A stretch of 64,000 nt of DNA from Malacoraja senta (lineage: Eukaryota), in NCBI GenBank assembly GCA_038087875.1, contig CM075991.1, positions 10,046,001-10,110,000 on the forward strand, given 5' to 3'. A program made the position numbers and the translations under genes. Below the pieces are notes generated by a model that was not told where the DNA came from, did no database searches, and saw only the letters and a list, made by a program, of their open reading frames with translations. Every line of letters begins with the position of its first letter. Positions within the stretch are counted from its first letter, which is position 1. Below are positions 12,607 through 27,600 of the stretch, one piece after another.

Positions 12607-15600
12607 CTGTTTGGTAGAAAACATAAGTTGGGAAATGTTTTCAGAATTGCAATATGGTGGCAGTAAAATATAAAGTTCAATAATTTAACACACTTCCAGG
12701 TTTTTGGTGTCAGACCAAATGAAGCAGAAAAGTAGGTAATGTAATGTAGTAAGGGAAAAAGATGAAATTTAGCCAGTTGAAGTGACTGGGGGACGAGTAC
12801 GATATGGAGATGAATGCAAAGCTATTTTTGTTAAACAAAAGCCAAATGTGCTTTATTGTCAAAGACTAGATGAATGCCAAAATGGATAAATTGATATTAT
12901 TGCAAAAAGTTCAATTAGAAATGACTATGACAACACAAAATTTATACTTTCATTTTCATTTAAAGTGAGCTGTGGAAAAATTCTTATATATTGATATTTT
13001 TTGATGTTGTGTCTCATATTAACCAAACAATGTAGAGTTATTAAAGCATGACCATTACCTGTATCTAGGCTATACCTTCCCTAACTAAATCAATAAACCT
13101 GATTTTAGCACCTCAACTGAGATCAGCTAGGTTGTTAGTTAGTTTGAGATCAGCATGAAGTTGTTAGTTTTTATATCTATACCAACAAACACCATCCTCC
13201 TGTACTTAGGGACATCCCATAACATTCAATTTGGCAAAGTGTTTTCTTGCAATATTAATAACAAGTATTTTGTGTAATCAGTCTCCAGAACAATTCAAAA
13301 CTGTTTGCTGAAAACAGAAAATTAACTTACAACACTGATTTGTTACTTCCAGAATAAATACTCAACCCCAAGTTGCCCAAAGTAGTAAACACAAAAGCCA
13401 TAGGAGCGCTTGCAATTAACAAATGCATTTTAGCTCATGCAATTGTAATTTAATAACATTCAATATCTCAAGCAGCCAAATTATGAAGGAATTTTCTGGC
13501 TTAGAACAGCATAATGACAATAATTACCCGATTTTTTCTCCAACCGTACAAAAGTGGGCAAATAACTTGAAGCAAAGACGTTCAACCCAGTGTATTCAAG
13601 ATTTAAAATGCATCCATTAAAAACCATTAGGATTACACAAATATGATGCAGTTTGGATACCGTTGTGGTGTTGCATGTATAAATCTCTCACCAAGTATAA
13701 AGGCCACATATAATTTAGCTCAAAAGTTTTCCCTTTCTTCCCATTAACTAACCTCAGTTTTTCCACAATTAAAAATGTCAATTAAGCATACTCAAAAAAT
13801 AAATCCAATTGAAAAAGAGGGTCACCACACCAAAGAGGATTTATAGGAATTATGTATGAGAATAATATTCCAACATCCAAAATGAAATTACTTGACCATA
13901 AAGTGGCTCCGACCATTATACCTTTGATCAATTCACTTGCTTTATAGATTAGGTTGTTTCCCTTCCTGAAACTGAAGGGAGAAACCTTCATAACATGTGT
14001 TCCTTTATAAATATAAAATGTTACTTACCCTCAAGATGAATCAGACTGGTTCTCTTTGGGGTTTCACATTCCAACATTACTTCACTATTGGAGAAATCTG
14101 TTGATTCAGACCAGATATCCAAAACCTCTGCAATTGGGCTCAGTAATGGCTTCTTTGAAGCATATTCACGTTTTCCATAAAGGCTCTTCTTGAACTTTTG
14201 TTTACACTTTCCTTTAGTTGCCTGCAAAACATATTTGCCATTATAATTTCTATTCTCCTTTACTTACTGTTAAATATGGGGACACGCAGTGATGCATAGC
14301 TGATCCATGTTGTACTAGGACCTAGGTCGTTATTAATGTCACTAGATTTATTTACAATACATTGACAATGATGCAAGACTTTAATGTTCAACGTTAGGCA
14401 TGGCTCTTTGCGAGTAGCAGTTCATGGTCCAAAGAATCAAGAATTTAAGGACCACTTGACAGCACATCCATATCTCTTTCAGGCTGACAATAAATAATAG
14501 CACTGAAGGATCATAGGATTATTAGAGAGATGTCCAGAGCATCAAATGTTTAACTCAGGTCCTTACCCGTGGCCCAGGTATAAGAGATTCTATAGCTCCA
14601 ATCAGAGAAGGTGGCAGCTCTTGTAGCACCCAGCCCAATATCCATCCCTGAATAGATAGAAGTTTCTTGCAGGATTTCACTATGAAAACTACCAACTACG
14701 ATTAATTTAAGAATACATGGCTACAGTTCAAATGAATTATATATTCTATTATGCACTTTTAGATATTCTGAGAATATACAATACACCATATGTTAGTGGT
14801 ATGTTATTTTGTTTCAACTTTAAGTGTTCACCTTTGTGCTTAGCTCAAATGCCTCTTACCATTCCGTCTCTTTAAACGTTGCCAGCTTTGCAAACCTCAG
14901 CGAATTCCATGCTCCTCCAGTTTTAGACTCCCCCCCTCCACTCTCCCGTTTTGCCCCCTCCAATGGTGGCCATGCCATTAACTGCCATGCTCTGGAAGGA
15001 CTTCCAGTAGTTGAAGCTATGCTCATCATCTGATGATAAGTTTCAGTTAATTAGCCTGGAATATTCATTCATACTAAAAAAGGCCAATTCAGTGGGTGAA
15101 ATATTATAGATTTTTAAGAAATATCCTTACAGAATTTACACCAAATACAGAGGACATTGGTTTATAGCACATTAATAAACAAAATCCCAGTTTTATTGCA
15201 TTCCTTCCCCGGAACCAAATCATTTACTAACAATGAAAACTTATTTAAAAGACAATGTAACTGATAAATTAAAAATATTCCAAATGCAAGTGCTTACTGA
15301 AGAAGAGTTCTTTGAAATATTCTTCACATTGCTCTTGATCCTACTAGACCTGCGAGGTTCTTCTTTCGTGGACTCATGGTCCCCTTTTCTAGTTTTCTTT
15401 GATTTTGTGGTTGTGTTCAAAATTACATCTGCATCAAGAGCTTCGTTGCATACATTTTTGTCTTCTATTTCATCTCTCTGTTCAGACAGATTCTCAATAT
15501 TGGGGCAAGGGTGTCCGTTAAAATTAGTTTGCACCCCACCATTGCTGGAGTAATCCGTTTTTTTTTTACCGAGGTATACATCATCTGTTTTTGACATTTC

Positions 15601-18600
15601 AGTTGAGGGCAGGTGGTTCATATCAGATTCAACTACTGATTCTGCTTCTATTTCAGTAGATTCCAACATATTAATTGCAAGAATATTTTTGTCAATGTCT
15701 GGTTGTATTTTTAACAGCTTCTTAGAATCTGGTTTCTTTTTGGTCAGATTTCTGCAAACTGAAGGAGTGCACTTCTTAGCATTTTTCCTCTTCCTCGGAT
15801 GCCCAGAGGAAATGATTGGAAATGGAAGAGTTTCAGTCAGTTCTTCAATTTTCACTTCCAAAACCTTACATGGATATTCATCAGTTTTATTATGACACTT
15901 CTGATTATCTGGTCCAAATTTACATTCTGACAATGGAGATTCAATTTCAAAGTTGATAGATATTGGGTAACATCTGTCTTCTTCAACATTATGTATTCCA
16001 GCAGCACTAATTTCCAGGTCATCTATTTCAAAAATTAAAGAAAAATTTTTAATCAACATATTTCTGTCCAATATATTCCCTTCAATGTTTTTGGCATGCA
16101 CCAAAGTCTCTTTGGAAGTTCTTGAAACAAAGTTCCATGGCAATTAAAAGCATTTCCAGTAGGATTCAAGCAAAATTGTTAACTTACGAACATAGCTAAG
16201 AAGTGCCAGAAGTTTCTAAGTCAGGACACATCATAGACCAGCCATACAATACTCCCTCATGAGACACTTTATAGCTGAGGTCACCATAATAAAGAACAAA
16301 CCCAAATTTCTCCTCCTGCTAATCAAGGACTCTGAAACTAAGTGTAACAACTCAATTACTGCACTGGCTGAGATCAACTTACTACAAACCTGCAAAAATC
16401 AGGTTCAATCATCCACACATCAAGTGGTCACTGGAGAAACTCATACTAATTATTTAAATGTTAAAACAATTACTGCTGAATCATACTGTAACAACATTTC
16501 AGTTCCCAACATAATAGAAATGTTTCTTAATGCTGAGTGCTGGAAACCAAAATTTCAATAAGCGAGTTCGGTATTCTGAAAAATGCAAGGAATTATGGGG
16601 TTTGTCAAAGGTCACTCGTTATAAAGAAAAAGCAAATGAAGCGCTGAACAAACTGTGTATAAATTTGTATCTTTATTCATAATATATGTGTAAAATATAA
16701 TTAATCTGAGGAACCTGGGTGCTAGGTAGCGGGAGAGTGGGGTGTAACAGCGAGAGACTTGGGGCAGATGAGAGGGGGAGACAGGGGGGTGGTAGATTGG
16801 ACCGGCAGAGAGACATTCTCGGCTCCTGTGCGCACACAGACCCACACCCCATCCGCAGCCAGGATCGAACCTGGGTCCCCGGCGCTGCAAGCACTGCCGA
16901 ACCATCACTCTACAATTTACCTGTCCTCACAATATTTAAAATTATCAGTGTTCAATTATTTGCAACATTATCTTAGAAATTATTTTTCCTAAAGACAGAG
17001 GCATGCATAACCCTAATTGGATATAACACAACTAATGAATTAGGAAACACTATTTGTAATACGTGGGCTGAATTGGTCATAACGTAATTTTGATAGACAA
17101 CTAGAAAACCACCCAAGATACCTTGGAAAATGACAAGCAGGGAAAAAAAGCCGTCTTGGGAAAAAAGTAGTCTAGGGAGCTTCCCTGTAATCTCCCCTCA
17201 GCAATCAGACACCATTAACTCTTAAGAACATAGGCTGCTAGTTTTACCACAGGTTGCCATTGGACATTGAACAGTACAGCCACAAGAACAGCTGTACTGT
17301 TCCATGTTTCATGATACATGTGTAAAATATAATTAATCTGAGGAACGGGGGTGCTAGGTAGCGGGAGAGTGGGGTGTAACCACTCGTGTCTGGTAAATCG
17401 TGTCTGACAAATCTTATAGAATTTTTTGAGGATGTAACTAGTAGAGTGGATAGGGGAGAACCAGTGGATGTGTTGTATCTGGACTTTCAGAAGGCTTTCG
17501 ACAAGGTACCACATAAGAGATTAGTATACAAACTTAAAGCACACGGTATTGGGGGTTCAGTATTGATGTGGATAGAGAAGTGGCTGGCAAACAGGAAGCA
17601 AAGAGTAGGAGTAAACGGGTCCTTTTCACAATGGCAGGCAGTGACTAGTGGAGTACCGCAAGGCTCAGTGCTGGGACCCCAGCTATTTACAATTTATATT
17701 AATGATCTGGATGAGGGAATTGAAGGCAACATCTCCAAGTTTGCGGATGACACTAAGCTGGGGGGCAATGTTATCTGTGAGGAGGATGCTAGGAGACTGC
17801 AAGGTGACTTGGATAGGCTGGGTGAGTGGGCAAATGTTTGGCAGATGCAGTATAATGTGGATAAATGTGAGGTTATCCACTTTGGTGGCAAAAACAGGAA
17901 AGCAGACTATTATCTAAATGGTGGCCGATTAGGAAATGGGGAGATGCAGCGAGACCTGGGTGTCATGGTACACCAGTCATTGAAAGTAGGCATGCAGGTG
18001 CAGCAGGCAGTGAAGAAAGCGAATGGTATGTTAGCTTTCATAGCAAAAGGATTTGAGTATAGGAGCAGGGAGGTTCTACTGCAGTTGTACAGGGTCTTGG
18101 TGAGACCACACCTGGAGTACTGCGTACAGTTTTGGTCTCCAAATCTGAGGAAGGACATTATAGCCATAGAGGGAGTGCAGAGAAGGTTCACCAGACTGAT
18201 TCCTGGGATGTCAGGACTTTCATATGAAGAAAGACTGGATAGACTTGGCTTATACTCGCTAGAATTTAGGAGATTGAGAGGGGATCTTATAGAAACGTAC
18301 AAAATTCTTATGGGGTTGGACAGGATAGATGCAGGAAGATTGTTCCCGATGTTGGGGAAGTCCAGGACAAGGGGTCACAGCTTAAGGATAAGGGGGAAAT
18401 CCTTTAAGACCGAGATGAGGAAAAACTTTTTCACACAGAGAGTGGTGAATCTCTGGAACTCTCTGCCACAGAGGGTAGTCGAGGCCAGTTCATTGGCTAT
18501 ATTTAAGAGGGAGTTAGATGTGGCCCTTGTGGCTAAAGGGATCAGGGGGTATGGAGAGAAGGCAGGTACGGGATACTGAGTTGGATGATCAGCCATGATC

Positions 18601-21600
18601 ATATTGAATGACGGTGCAGGCTCGAAGGGCCGAATGGCCTACTCCTGCACCTATTTTCTATGTAGCTATGTAACAGGCCCTTCAGCCCCCAATGTCTGTG
18701 CCAAACACTTTGCCTGCCCTCACAATATTTAACATTTTTAGCATTCAATTGTTTGCAACATCATGTTAGAAATCATTTTTCCTACAGAGAGATAATAACA
18801 CTAATTGGATATAACAAATTAAGAAACACTAATTGTATTACGTGGGCTGAATTGGTCATAATCTTAATAACGAACATGGAACAGTACAGCCACAAGAACA
18901 GGCCCTTCAGCCCCCAATGTCTGTGCCAAACATGATGCCAAGACTATCACTTATCTTCCTGCATATAACCCATACCCCTGTATATCCGTATACCTATCCA
19001 AGTCCTTTAAATGCCGCTAACATATCTGGTTTAACCACCACTCGCAGCAGACACTCATCATCCTCCGTGTCAACAACTTGCCTCTCACATGTCCTTTAAA
19101 CTTTGCCCCTCACAGAACTCCACTGGTCAGACCTCCAGACTGAATACCGTCCTTCCACCACAATCCTCTCTTCTAGGAGTAAGCCATTTCCGAATCTATA
19201 TGAACAAGTCACGATTAATCCCATTAAATCTTAATCTTCTGGATCAGCCTACCATGGGGGACTTGATCAAAAGCTTTACTAAAACCCATTTAAACATCCG
19301 CCACCCTACCATCATCGATCATCTTCACCTCCTCAAAAAAACATGATTAAGTCACTGAGACACGATCTAGCGTGTACAAAGCCATGCTGATTGTCCCTAA
19401 TTAACCCATTCTTTTTCAAATAGGAGTAAATTCTATACAGAAGAATCAAAATGTTTGGCACAGACATTGGGGGCTGAAGGGCCCGTTCTTGTGGCTGTAC
19501 TGTTCCATGTTTGTTATTTATTCCTTAGGTTGCTTAAGCATCTTTAGGAAATCTGTTCCTTTATCTCCCGCTTGCTGGTGTGGGTGCTATAATACAATCC
19601 CGGTAGAGTGCTTCGCTCCTTTATTTCTAAGCTCTACATAAACCGTCTCATTGGTCAACATTCGAGAATGTCCTATCTGAGTGCTACCGCGAGTCTCCCT
19701 GATTAGTAACGCAAATCCTATACCTCTTTTGCCTCCTTCTTGATCGCACCGAAAACATCAAAAGCCCACAAATTTGAGCTGCCCTGCTTGTCCCTCCCGC
19801 AACCACTTCTCCACATGGCCAGATCATGGAACTTGACATAGACATGCTTCCATTGTCACTTGTGCAATGATACTCTATATGGTGATATTGTATTCCATAC
19901 ATTTCTTGTACATTCCATACATTACATGCTTCCATTTTAATTTACTTAGCTATTAAAAACTTTTTCTTGAAAATCCTGCAGTGAATAACTGCTATTGCGC
20001 ATCTGAAAAACTGTAGCCCCTAAACCCCATTTCTCATTGACAACTGCTTTTAATAACGTGATTTTCTACAATGCTTGATTTAAGCAGATTTTACACACCT
20101 TCCAATATTGTTCGCAGTTTACTTGATGTACTGTCACTCTGGTCCTTCACAGGGCTGCTTCCATTGCAAGTGACATCATCGGAAGTGCTCTGTTGTGGAG
20201 AGATTACATTGACTTGTCTATTCACTGATTCAGTAAAAGTGCGAAAGTCTTTGGAACACACAAACGTACAATCATTTTGAAATAATTCAAAGCGGTAAGC
20301 CTGAATCCACTGCACTGATAAACAAGATATATTGTAAATAGAATACTAAACCAAGATCTTATATATTTTTTTACAATGCATCACCTGTTAAGTCGACAGG
20401 GACGACTGATGTTTCACTTATCTGTTACTTTATTCCTCCATTCCACGCAGATCTGAATGTGACCTTCTGCACTATTCCAATGAGCCCCAGTATAAGGAAG
20501 AACATGTCCTTGTCTACCCTCCGAATAATATCAAATTCAACACGTACAGGTAACTCACTTTTTCCTGTTGTATTAGAACTAGAGTAGTTCAGGTGTATAG
20601 GTATGCAGAAATATTATGTTTTTCGCTTTCAGACACTGCCTGATCTACTGATTATTTCTAGCATTCTCCTTTTGACTAGATCTCACCCATAGCTCTGACC
20701 TATATTTTGCAGCTTTTACATATCCCTGTTTGATTGTTCTCCCTTTAACTGCCCACATTAGTCAACCAGATAATTTCATAAAAAGTGAAATAATTTCCGT
20801 GATTCCAACCTCATCCCATCATATTATTTTTGTCCTACCTACCTCTCCCCACCCTCTGTAATGAAATTATCTTGACTCTGGTGGAGGTATTCAACTCGAA
20901 ATGTTAACGTTTTCTTTTACTGCAGCTGCTATCCGACCTGCTGATGGTTTCCTTCATTCCTACTTTTATTTCAGATATCCAGCATCCTCAGTTTGTTTAT
21001 AATTGACATCTTAAAGAATCAATCCAAACAAATTAAAAACAAAAAAATAATAGACTTTAATACTTATCCATTGACCAAAGACAAACACAGCTGGAAAAAA
21101 ACCTTACAAAGTGGGAAAGAGGATAATTAAAATTTTCCACAGAACACTGCCGTAATGCTATTTTATTTGCAGGCAGATGATGCGAGCCATTCATTTATGA
21201 TGGTGGTAAAATATTTCTATTATTTGTGATTCGGAATTTTTAGTTTGAATGTTCCAAAATGTTAGATATGATTTTGTCTGCAGTTTACCACATTATGCAA
21301 TTAATCAATTGGAACATGTGATGTTTGTTTCAAAAAGACATGCAAAGATTGACCCAGTTACACTGATATAGAGAGTTCTGTCATGTATGTGAATAATGAT
21401 AATGGTTATACATAAATAGCTTTGGGGACAGCTATAAAATGATCTTACTTCTCTGGAATGCAGGATGACTAACAAGAATAAGAATAACTTTATAAACAGG
21501 TGGAAAAGTTTTAAATGATTACATCACTTAAAAGCATCCATTAGAACTGTAAAATTAGATGGAGAAAAATGATCTATTTGAAAAATATGCTCTTGCCCAC

Positions 21601-24600
21601 TGCATTAATACCCGAGTTAGCAGCTCTGAAATGTTCAAATAAAAATGAAGCTATTACAATATTGCAAGAATAATATGAAATAACTAATATGGATTGAATA
21701 ACACCCACAATATGGTTAAGCAGCAACTAGACAGTCGTAGAATGATAAGCAGTAATACAAACAAAAAAAGTCAGATATGCAGGGAGATGTTAAAACGTTC
21801 TTGCATACTACAGTTCCAAATATTGTAATGTAAAAAAAAATCAGAAACAGCAAATGCGAGAAATTGAAAAACAAAAAATGCTGGAAACATTAAGCAGTTC
21901 TGATACACTGCTGCTAGGGAATTTTGTCCTTCAAGACGATGGTTGAAATTCAGGATGAATTCTTCATTACATTTTTTTTTTTGGCTATTCTTTTTTAGGT
22001 TTAGAAAATAATGGGCAGCATTTGTCAAAGTGTCTTATGTGCTCTCCCAGCAGACGCGAGATCTAATGATGTTCTCTTGCATTAAAGGGAAGGAGTATGT
22101 TGTAACCAAGACTACAAGCAACTGGTTTCCAGTTATATTTACAGACGGGTGATATGTAGGCCAAGATTAAAGAGACATGGGCTTGCCTTCACAAAGGCGA
22201 CTCATCATCATATGCACTTGATCCTAGAGGTTTCTTAGAAAGAAGCACTCAAGTGAAGATATTTCCTGTTTTTAAACACAGATACCAGTTATACGATTAT
22301 TAAAAAGGCAAAATGGATGCCAAATCACACAAAGGGGGATCCAAGAACAAGCCGTTTCTATTTTCTCAAGTGCTTAATGTTGGTCTAATCACCTCTGCAA
22401 TGGAATCTCAAAAACATAGGCCAAAAGCTTTTAGTCTACTCAGGTTTTGCTGATGTGAAAATGAACCCTCAGCATCTTTCAAACAAAGCATTTTGCTGCT
22501 TATGACAAGATCCATTTTGTGAGCAAAACTATTTCCATTGGAGAGTAAGAAAATCAAACAAACTCTAGTTGTCATAAGTGGGTAAACATGAGCAACAAGC
22601 AACTAGGAGGGAGAGATAGATCAACCATGATTGAATGGTGGAGTAGACTTGATGGGTCGAATGGCCTAATTCTACTCCTATCGCTTATGACCTTATAACA
22701 AGTCAGATTGACCAGTGGTTGGAAGTGCACATTTTCATGGCTGTGGTATATCATCAACACCAGCTCTTTCTCCACACCACCCTGCCTTCCTACCTAACAA
22801 GGAAAAGGAGCAGGGTACAGATGTGAGGAGCCAATAGTGTGCATTATTCTTATGCAACCTAGCAGCAGGTCAGAGCTCACTACACAAGAGCAATGTGTTT
22901 CATTCAATGCTGAGGAATATATGTAGGATTAATTTTAATAATATTGTTTTTTTTGCCCTTAACATATGCAATTACATGCTAAGATGTAATATATTAATTT
23001 AAATTCAAGCAGATCCATCAATAGCTTCAGGTAGAATTTTACTGTAACCGTTCACTTACAATGTTAAAGTTGAACATTAAAGTAGACATCTTAGCACCAT
23101 GGAGCTGCTGCAGGTCCTCGGGTTACAAAAAAAAAATTGATGATCTAGCCAACATTGTGATTCCAAATACCTTTCAGCTTCATTTTTTTAAATTCTGGGA
23201 TCCCACTTGTTTGATCAATCTGAACTCCCAATATGAATACGAATTACCGGAAAGAAAATAAAAAGCAGGCATGTTTACCGTTTTCTCTTCCAGACCAGTT
23301 TTGGTTTTTCCCCTTTGTTTTAGAGCAGAGGGAGGACTATCACTGAAAGTGATCTGCTGATGTACTGGCATTTCCCCTCTGCGTAGAGGTGTATTGGATG
23401 GTAACCTCTTGTCAAACAGCTCAGGCGTCAGCTCTCCGCCAAAAGTCACCTTTTTCTTTTGTGTCGGTTTCCTGCAACTTGTAGACAGAGTGCAGTCTTG
23501 TTCCTCTACAGGAGTAGAACCTAAAATACAAGAATTACAATAATATGTTCTTGCCTTAGCAAATCAACCAATTCCTAACCAAAGATTTTGTTTAGTAAAA
23601 GAAAGTCAGTGCCAGTGTCCAATGAAAGGCAACTGACAATATCACTGCAGGAACACAAAGATAGGTCAGAAGATTGCATGGCTGAAGGGATGGGCACTTA
23701 GGAGATTGGTTCAAAAGATTACGACCCATGCAATCCAGAGTAACTTAGCACACGGAACCCAAAACAGGCTTGGAAACGGAATGTTTTTTTAAAATGTGTT
23801 TGCAAATGGATGTCTATGATTAGTGGCATCCTACTAAGTAGCGAGGTCATTCTCTATCTTTATAAAACCTTGATCAGACCTTAGCTGGGATACTTCCTGT
23901 GTGCAGTTTTGGCCACAAGGCTTTAGGAAGGATGTGATAGCATCTTGGAACAACAATCTTGGAATACAAATACTTTCATTTGTATACTAACAACATCCAT
24001 TAACAAATAGGTGTACCCAAGCACCATATCAAGCATCCTCTACCAACCTGTTTGCCATATACCAGAGAGATGTGGCAGTTCTGGAGCAGAATTATTATTG
24101 TCATCCTGAAATGTGCCCATGAATGCTGCCATCTTACTTTTCATCATTGAAACTCTCTGAGATTCCTAATAAAAAAATCACACAATCATTCAATTAGTAT
24201 AATCTTCTTTTTTTTTAAAAAATGATTGGAGCATTGAGCAATAGTTATTATATACATATTATAATACAGATGAGTTTGTTGCTGTTCTTTTTCTACATTG
24301 TTTTCCAGACAACAATAACTGCATAAGGAAATGGAGTAATTGAATTACTAGTGATTACTCAAAAGTACCTGCATCTTCTGTTTGGCAATATAGCAAATAA
24401 GACTATTGGTCTCTGGGGATCCTCTGGCTCCAACAGAAGACACTCTCCGTGAGCATATTTTTCTCCCTTCAGAGAGTTTTCCTGCAACACAAGTTTGGGA
24501 AAATATCAAGTAGATCTTGGACAGCAAAATGAAGCAGCAGTCTTAACTTGATGTATTATTTCAGAGACAAAAGGCCCAAACACAAACTTTCAAATTTGTC

Positions 24601-27600
24601 CAGAAAAGACATTGAAGGAGTAAGTACCCTTCCAATCAGTGATAATCAGTAATATGGTCACAAGGAAAGAAGACACACCTAAATGAAACATGGCAGATGG
24701 TTAAGAAAAAGTTATTTTTAAATGTTTAATTATTCAGCAAATTATATAATTAGTGGTCCCTGTTGTGTTACCTTTGACAGGTGAAGATCAAATAATCAAG
24801 CAGAGTCATTAATATTCCCAGTTTATAAATGACTTTGAGTTTATAATCCTTAAATTTAATAATGGAAATCTGGGAGGACCATAAAGCCAACAGTCTAGTC
24901 TGGCTTACTTCTTTCTAAAGGACACTGCAGTGGAACGCTTCCTTTGTAAAAGAAAATCTACCTGCTGTCTTACTGGATGAGCAAGCGCAATATTTGCAGT
25001 TTATTTTCTCTTTATATAATTATTCGAGTGACGACTTCATAATCTACAAGTCAATAACAATATTATTGTGTGAAAATGGCAACCTGAGCTGATTGTCAGT
25101 ACTACAGTTCATTTTTACCAAATAATTCCTTTCAAGGAAACATCTTAGAAATGTTCTAAAGCACTCATAGGTTTATTGGATGGGTGATCAATTGGTGAAA
25201 CGAAATGCTCATGCCAGCATTAAAAACAGTTAAACAAATACCAATAATGAACTTCTCAACTAATTTTACACTATTATCGAATAATAATTGCAGGATTACA
25301 AGCCTTGTAATGTTGCAGTGTACAATGTTCAAAGTCCTACATGTAAAGAAAACTTTAAAAGATTTATTATCAATAATGATTGAATATCCAAGCCCAGGTA
25401 ACATTCAGAACAAGGAAACCTTGCAGTGCAAATGACCTTACTCTCATCCCCAAATAACACAATCCAAGGACAAGATCTGTATTGTTTTCTTACTGTATTT
25501 TACTACCTGCTGAATTCAGGTTAAACGTTTCTGGTGTCATTTTCCATTGGTTTGCAGCATTCATTGAAATATCCAGTGAAGGGGATGGTGTTTTTGTAGC
25601 ACAGGATTTGGATTGCTCCGTGTCCACATTCACTAAACAGTCATAATGTCTATATGCAGTATTTTCAGAATCACTCTCGCTGATAGTATCACAGTCACCA
25701 AGTATTGCTGGAAAGGAAGTCCAGGTCTCACCATCTCCACCAATTGCTTGAACTGTGGGTTCTACAGTAGAAAAAAGATAACTATTCTTTACCAACCACT
25801 ACAGATGGTGTGAACAAATTTAAAAAGACCGTTACCAGGTAAAAACAACTTCAATAAATTACAATGTTTACATAATAGAAGTTGTGGAATTGTGTTCAAA
25901 GTTCGGCCATAGCCTTTGTTAAACTGCAAATGAGCATAATGAAAATTGGCCACTATACCACTCGGATAGGGAGGAAGTGGGAAAAAGAGATAATGCTGCT
26001 ATACATTAGTGTAACTTCTACAAAACATACATGTTTGGTAAAGATAGGTTAGAATCAACAGAAGCTCTCTGTAACAAAATAACTTATTCAAATGCACTGC
26101 ATAGTATTTTAACTGTGGATACTTAGGGAAAGTTTTCGAGATGACTGATGCCTAAGTAAGAGCATCCTGATAAGATTCAGCAAGCTCCAGATGTTAGGAA
26201 AGATGTGTAGGTAATCGGGTTTCATCCAATTCGTTGATACCCATTTATTTTCAGAATTTTCACCACCACTATTTTACAGCCCTCCTCCCCCCACTGTCCC
26301 ACCAACCTACCGGGCTGTTTCTTTAATGAGGGCATTTCATCTTTCAGCTATGTTCTTGGTGTTCATCGTATTGTAAGAATACATGCAAAACTCTACCCTT
26401 ATTGAAAATGCAATAAGATCGATAGTTTACCTTCAGTTTCCCAAGTAGCAGATTTACAAGGAAAATCAAGTGGTGTTCTGTCTTCAGAAGGCAAGTCCAA
26501 TTCTGTAGGTGTAATAACTGGCACATCCACATTGTCTGTTTCACAGGTTTCTTCTTGATAGGCAGACAATTGTACTCCATGCTGAGAGTTCACTAGTTTG
26601 GTGAATTTCAACATTTTCCTTTCATTTAAAGTTTGCACAGGACTGTGCCTATTATTTGCAACTAATGGATGTTTAGGAGGGAGCTGCTCTGTTGTTTGAT
26701 CTAGGTTTTCAACTGATGATAATTTTATTTCACGTAAAGTACCAGCTCGTGATTTCCTTTTACCTGTTAATAAGGAAAGTTATTTCTTTACATTACTAAC
26801 AGCAATTGTAAGAAATTAATTGAATAGTTATTCCAACATCGCTGACCACTTGACTGCCAGTAATTTACTGCACTTTAAAACATGAAGGCTTTGCACAAAT
26901 GCATTTTTTTTGTTACAGTATTAATAATATTGAAGAGCTGGATTTACTTTGCATAAATAAAGAAGTGTTGCTAAAATAGTACATGCCTTTGGCTAGATAA
27001 CATTTGGACAACAATCTGCAGCCTTGGACTCTTAACCAGAAGAGGAAACACTGGTACCCTACAGCGCAGCTTAGCTTAGAGAAAACCACTAAGGAAACGT
27101 GCAGAGGCTGCCTGTGAGTGATAGTGCTGTCAGTGCACTTGTTCAGCATTGAGATGCAGGGCTGAAGACGAACCCCTGCCAACGCGGGCATTTACTGGAG
27201 AGCAGCAGATGCTTCAGATGATGATAAATCACCCAAATCCAACTGTCTCTTTCATCATGTCCTGTTGGGTATGGTAGAAGCAACGGTTGCTTCCTCTGTT
27301 TGGCTGCACATCTCTCCCCAGCCTGGAGATTTTCCAAGGTAACAAACATAATGGTGGTTGATGGCCATTGAGCTTGTCACCGAGATAGATTCCGTGGGCT
27401 GGGGAGAGACGGAGTGCCATACAAATAGAGGGAGAGGTGGCTGCGGGAGGCAAAAGCCAGCAGGGGCTGCAGGTCATGGTGTTGGAATATGGGACAGTAA
27501 TGAACTAAACACCACCTTTGATTACTTTCAAAAGGAGCTGATGAGAGAGATTGTAGAATTTAGACAGTCAATCAGAATGGAGCAGGTACCACTGCCAAAG

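Noticed and set aside
22408..22602. Additional CDCA2 exon
   Set aside because: The phase-0 reading from the plausible acceptor hits a stop, and the exon is not needed for frame continuity.
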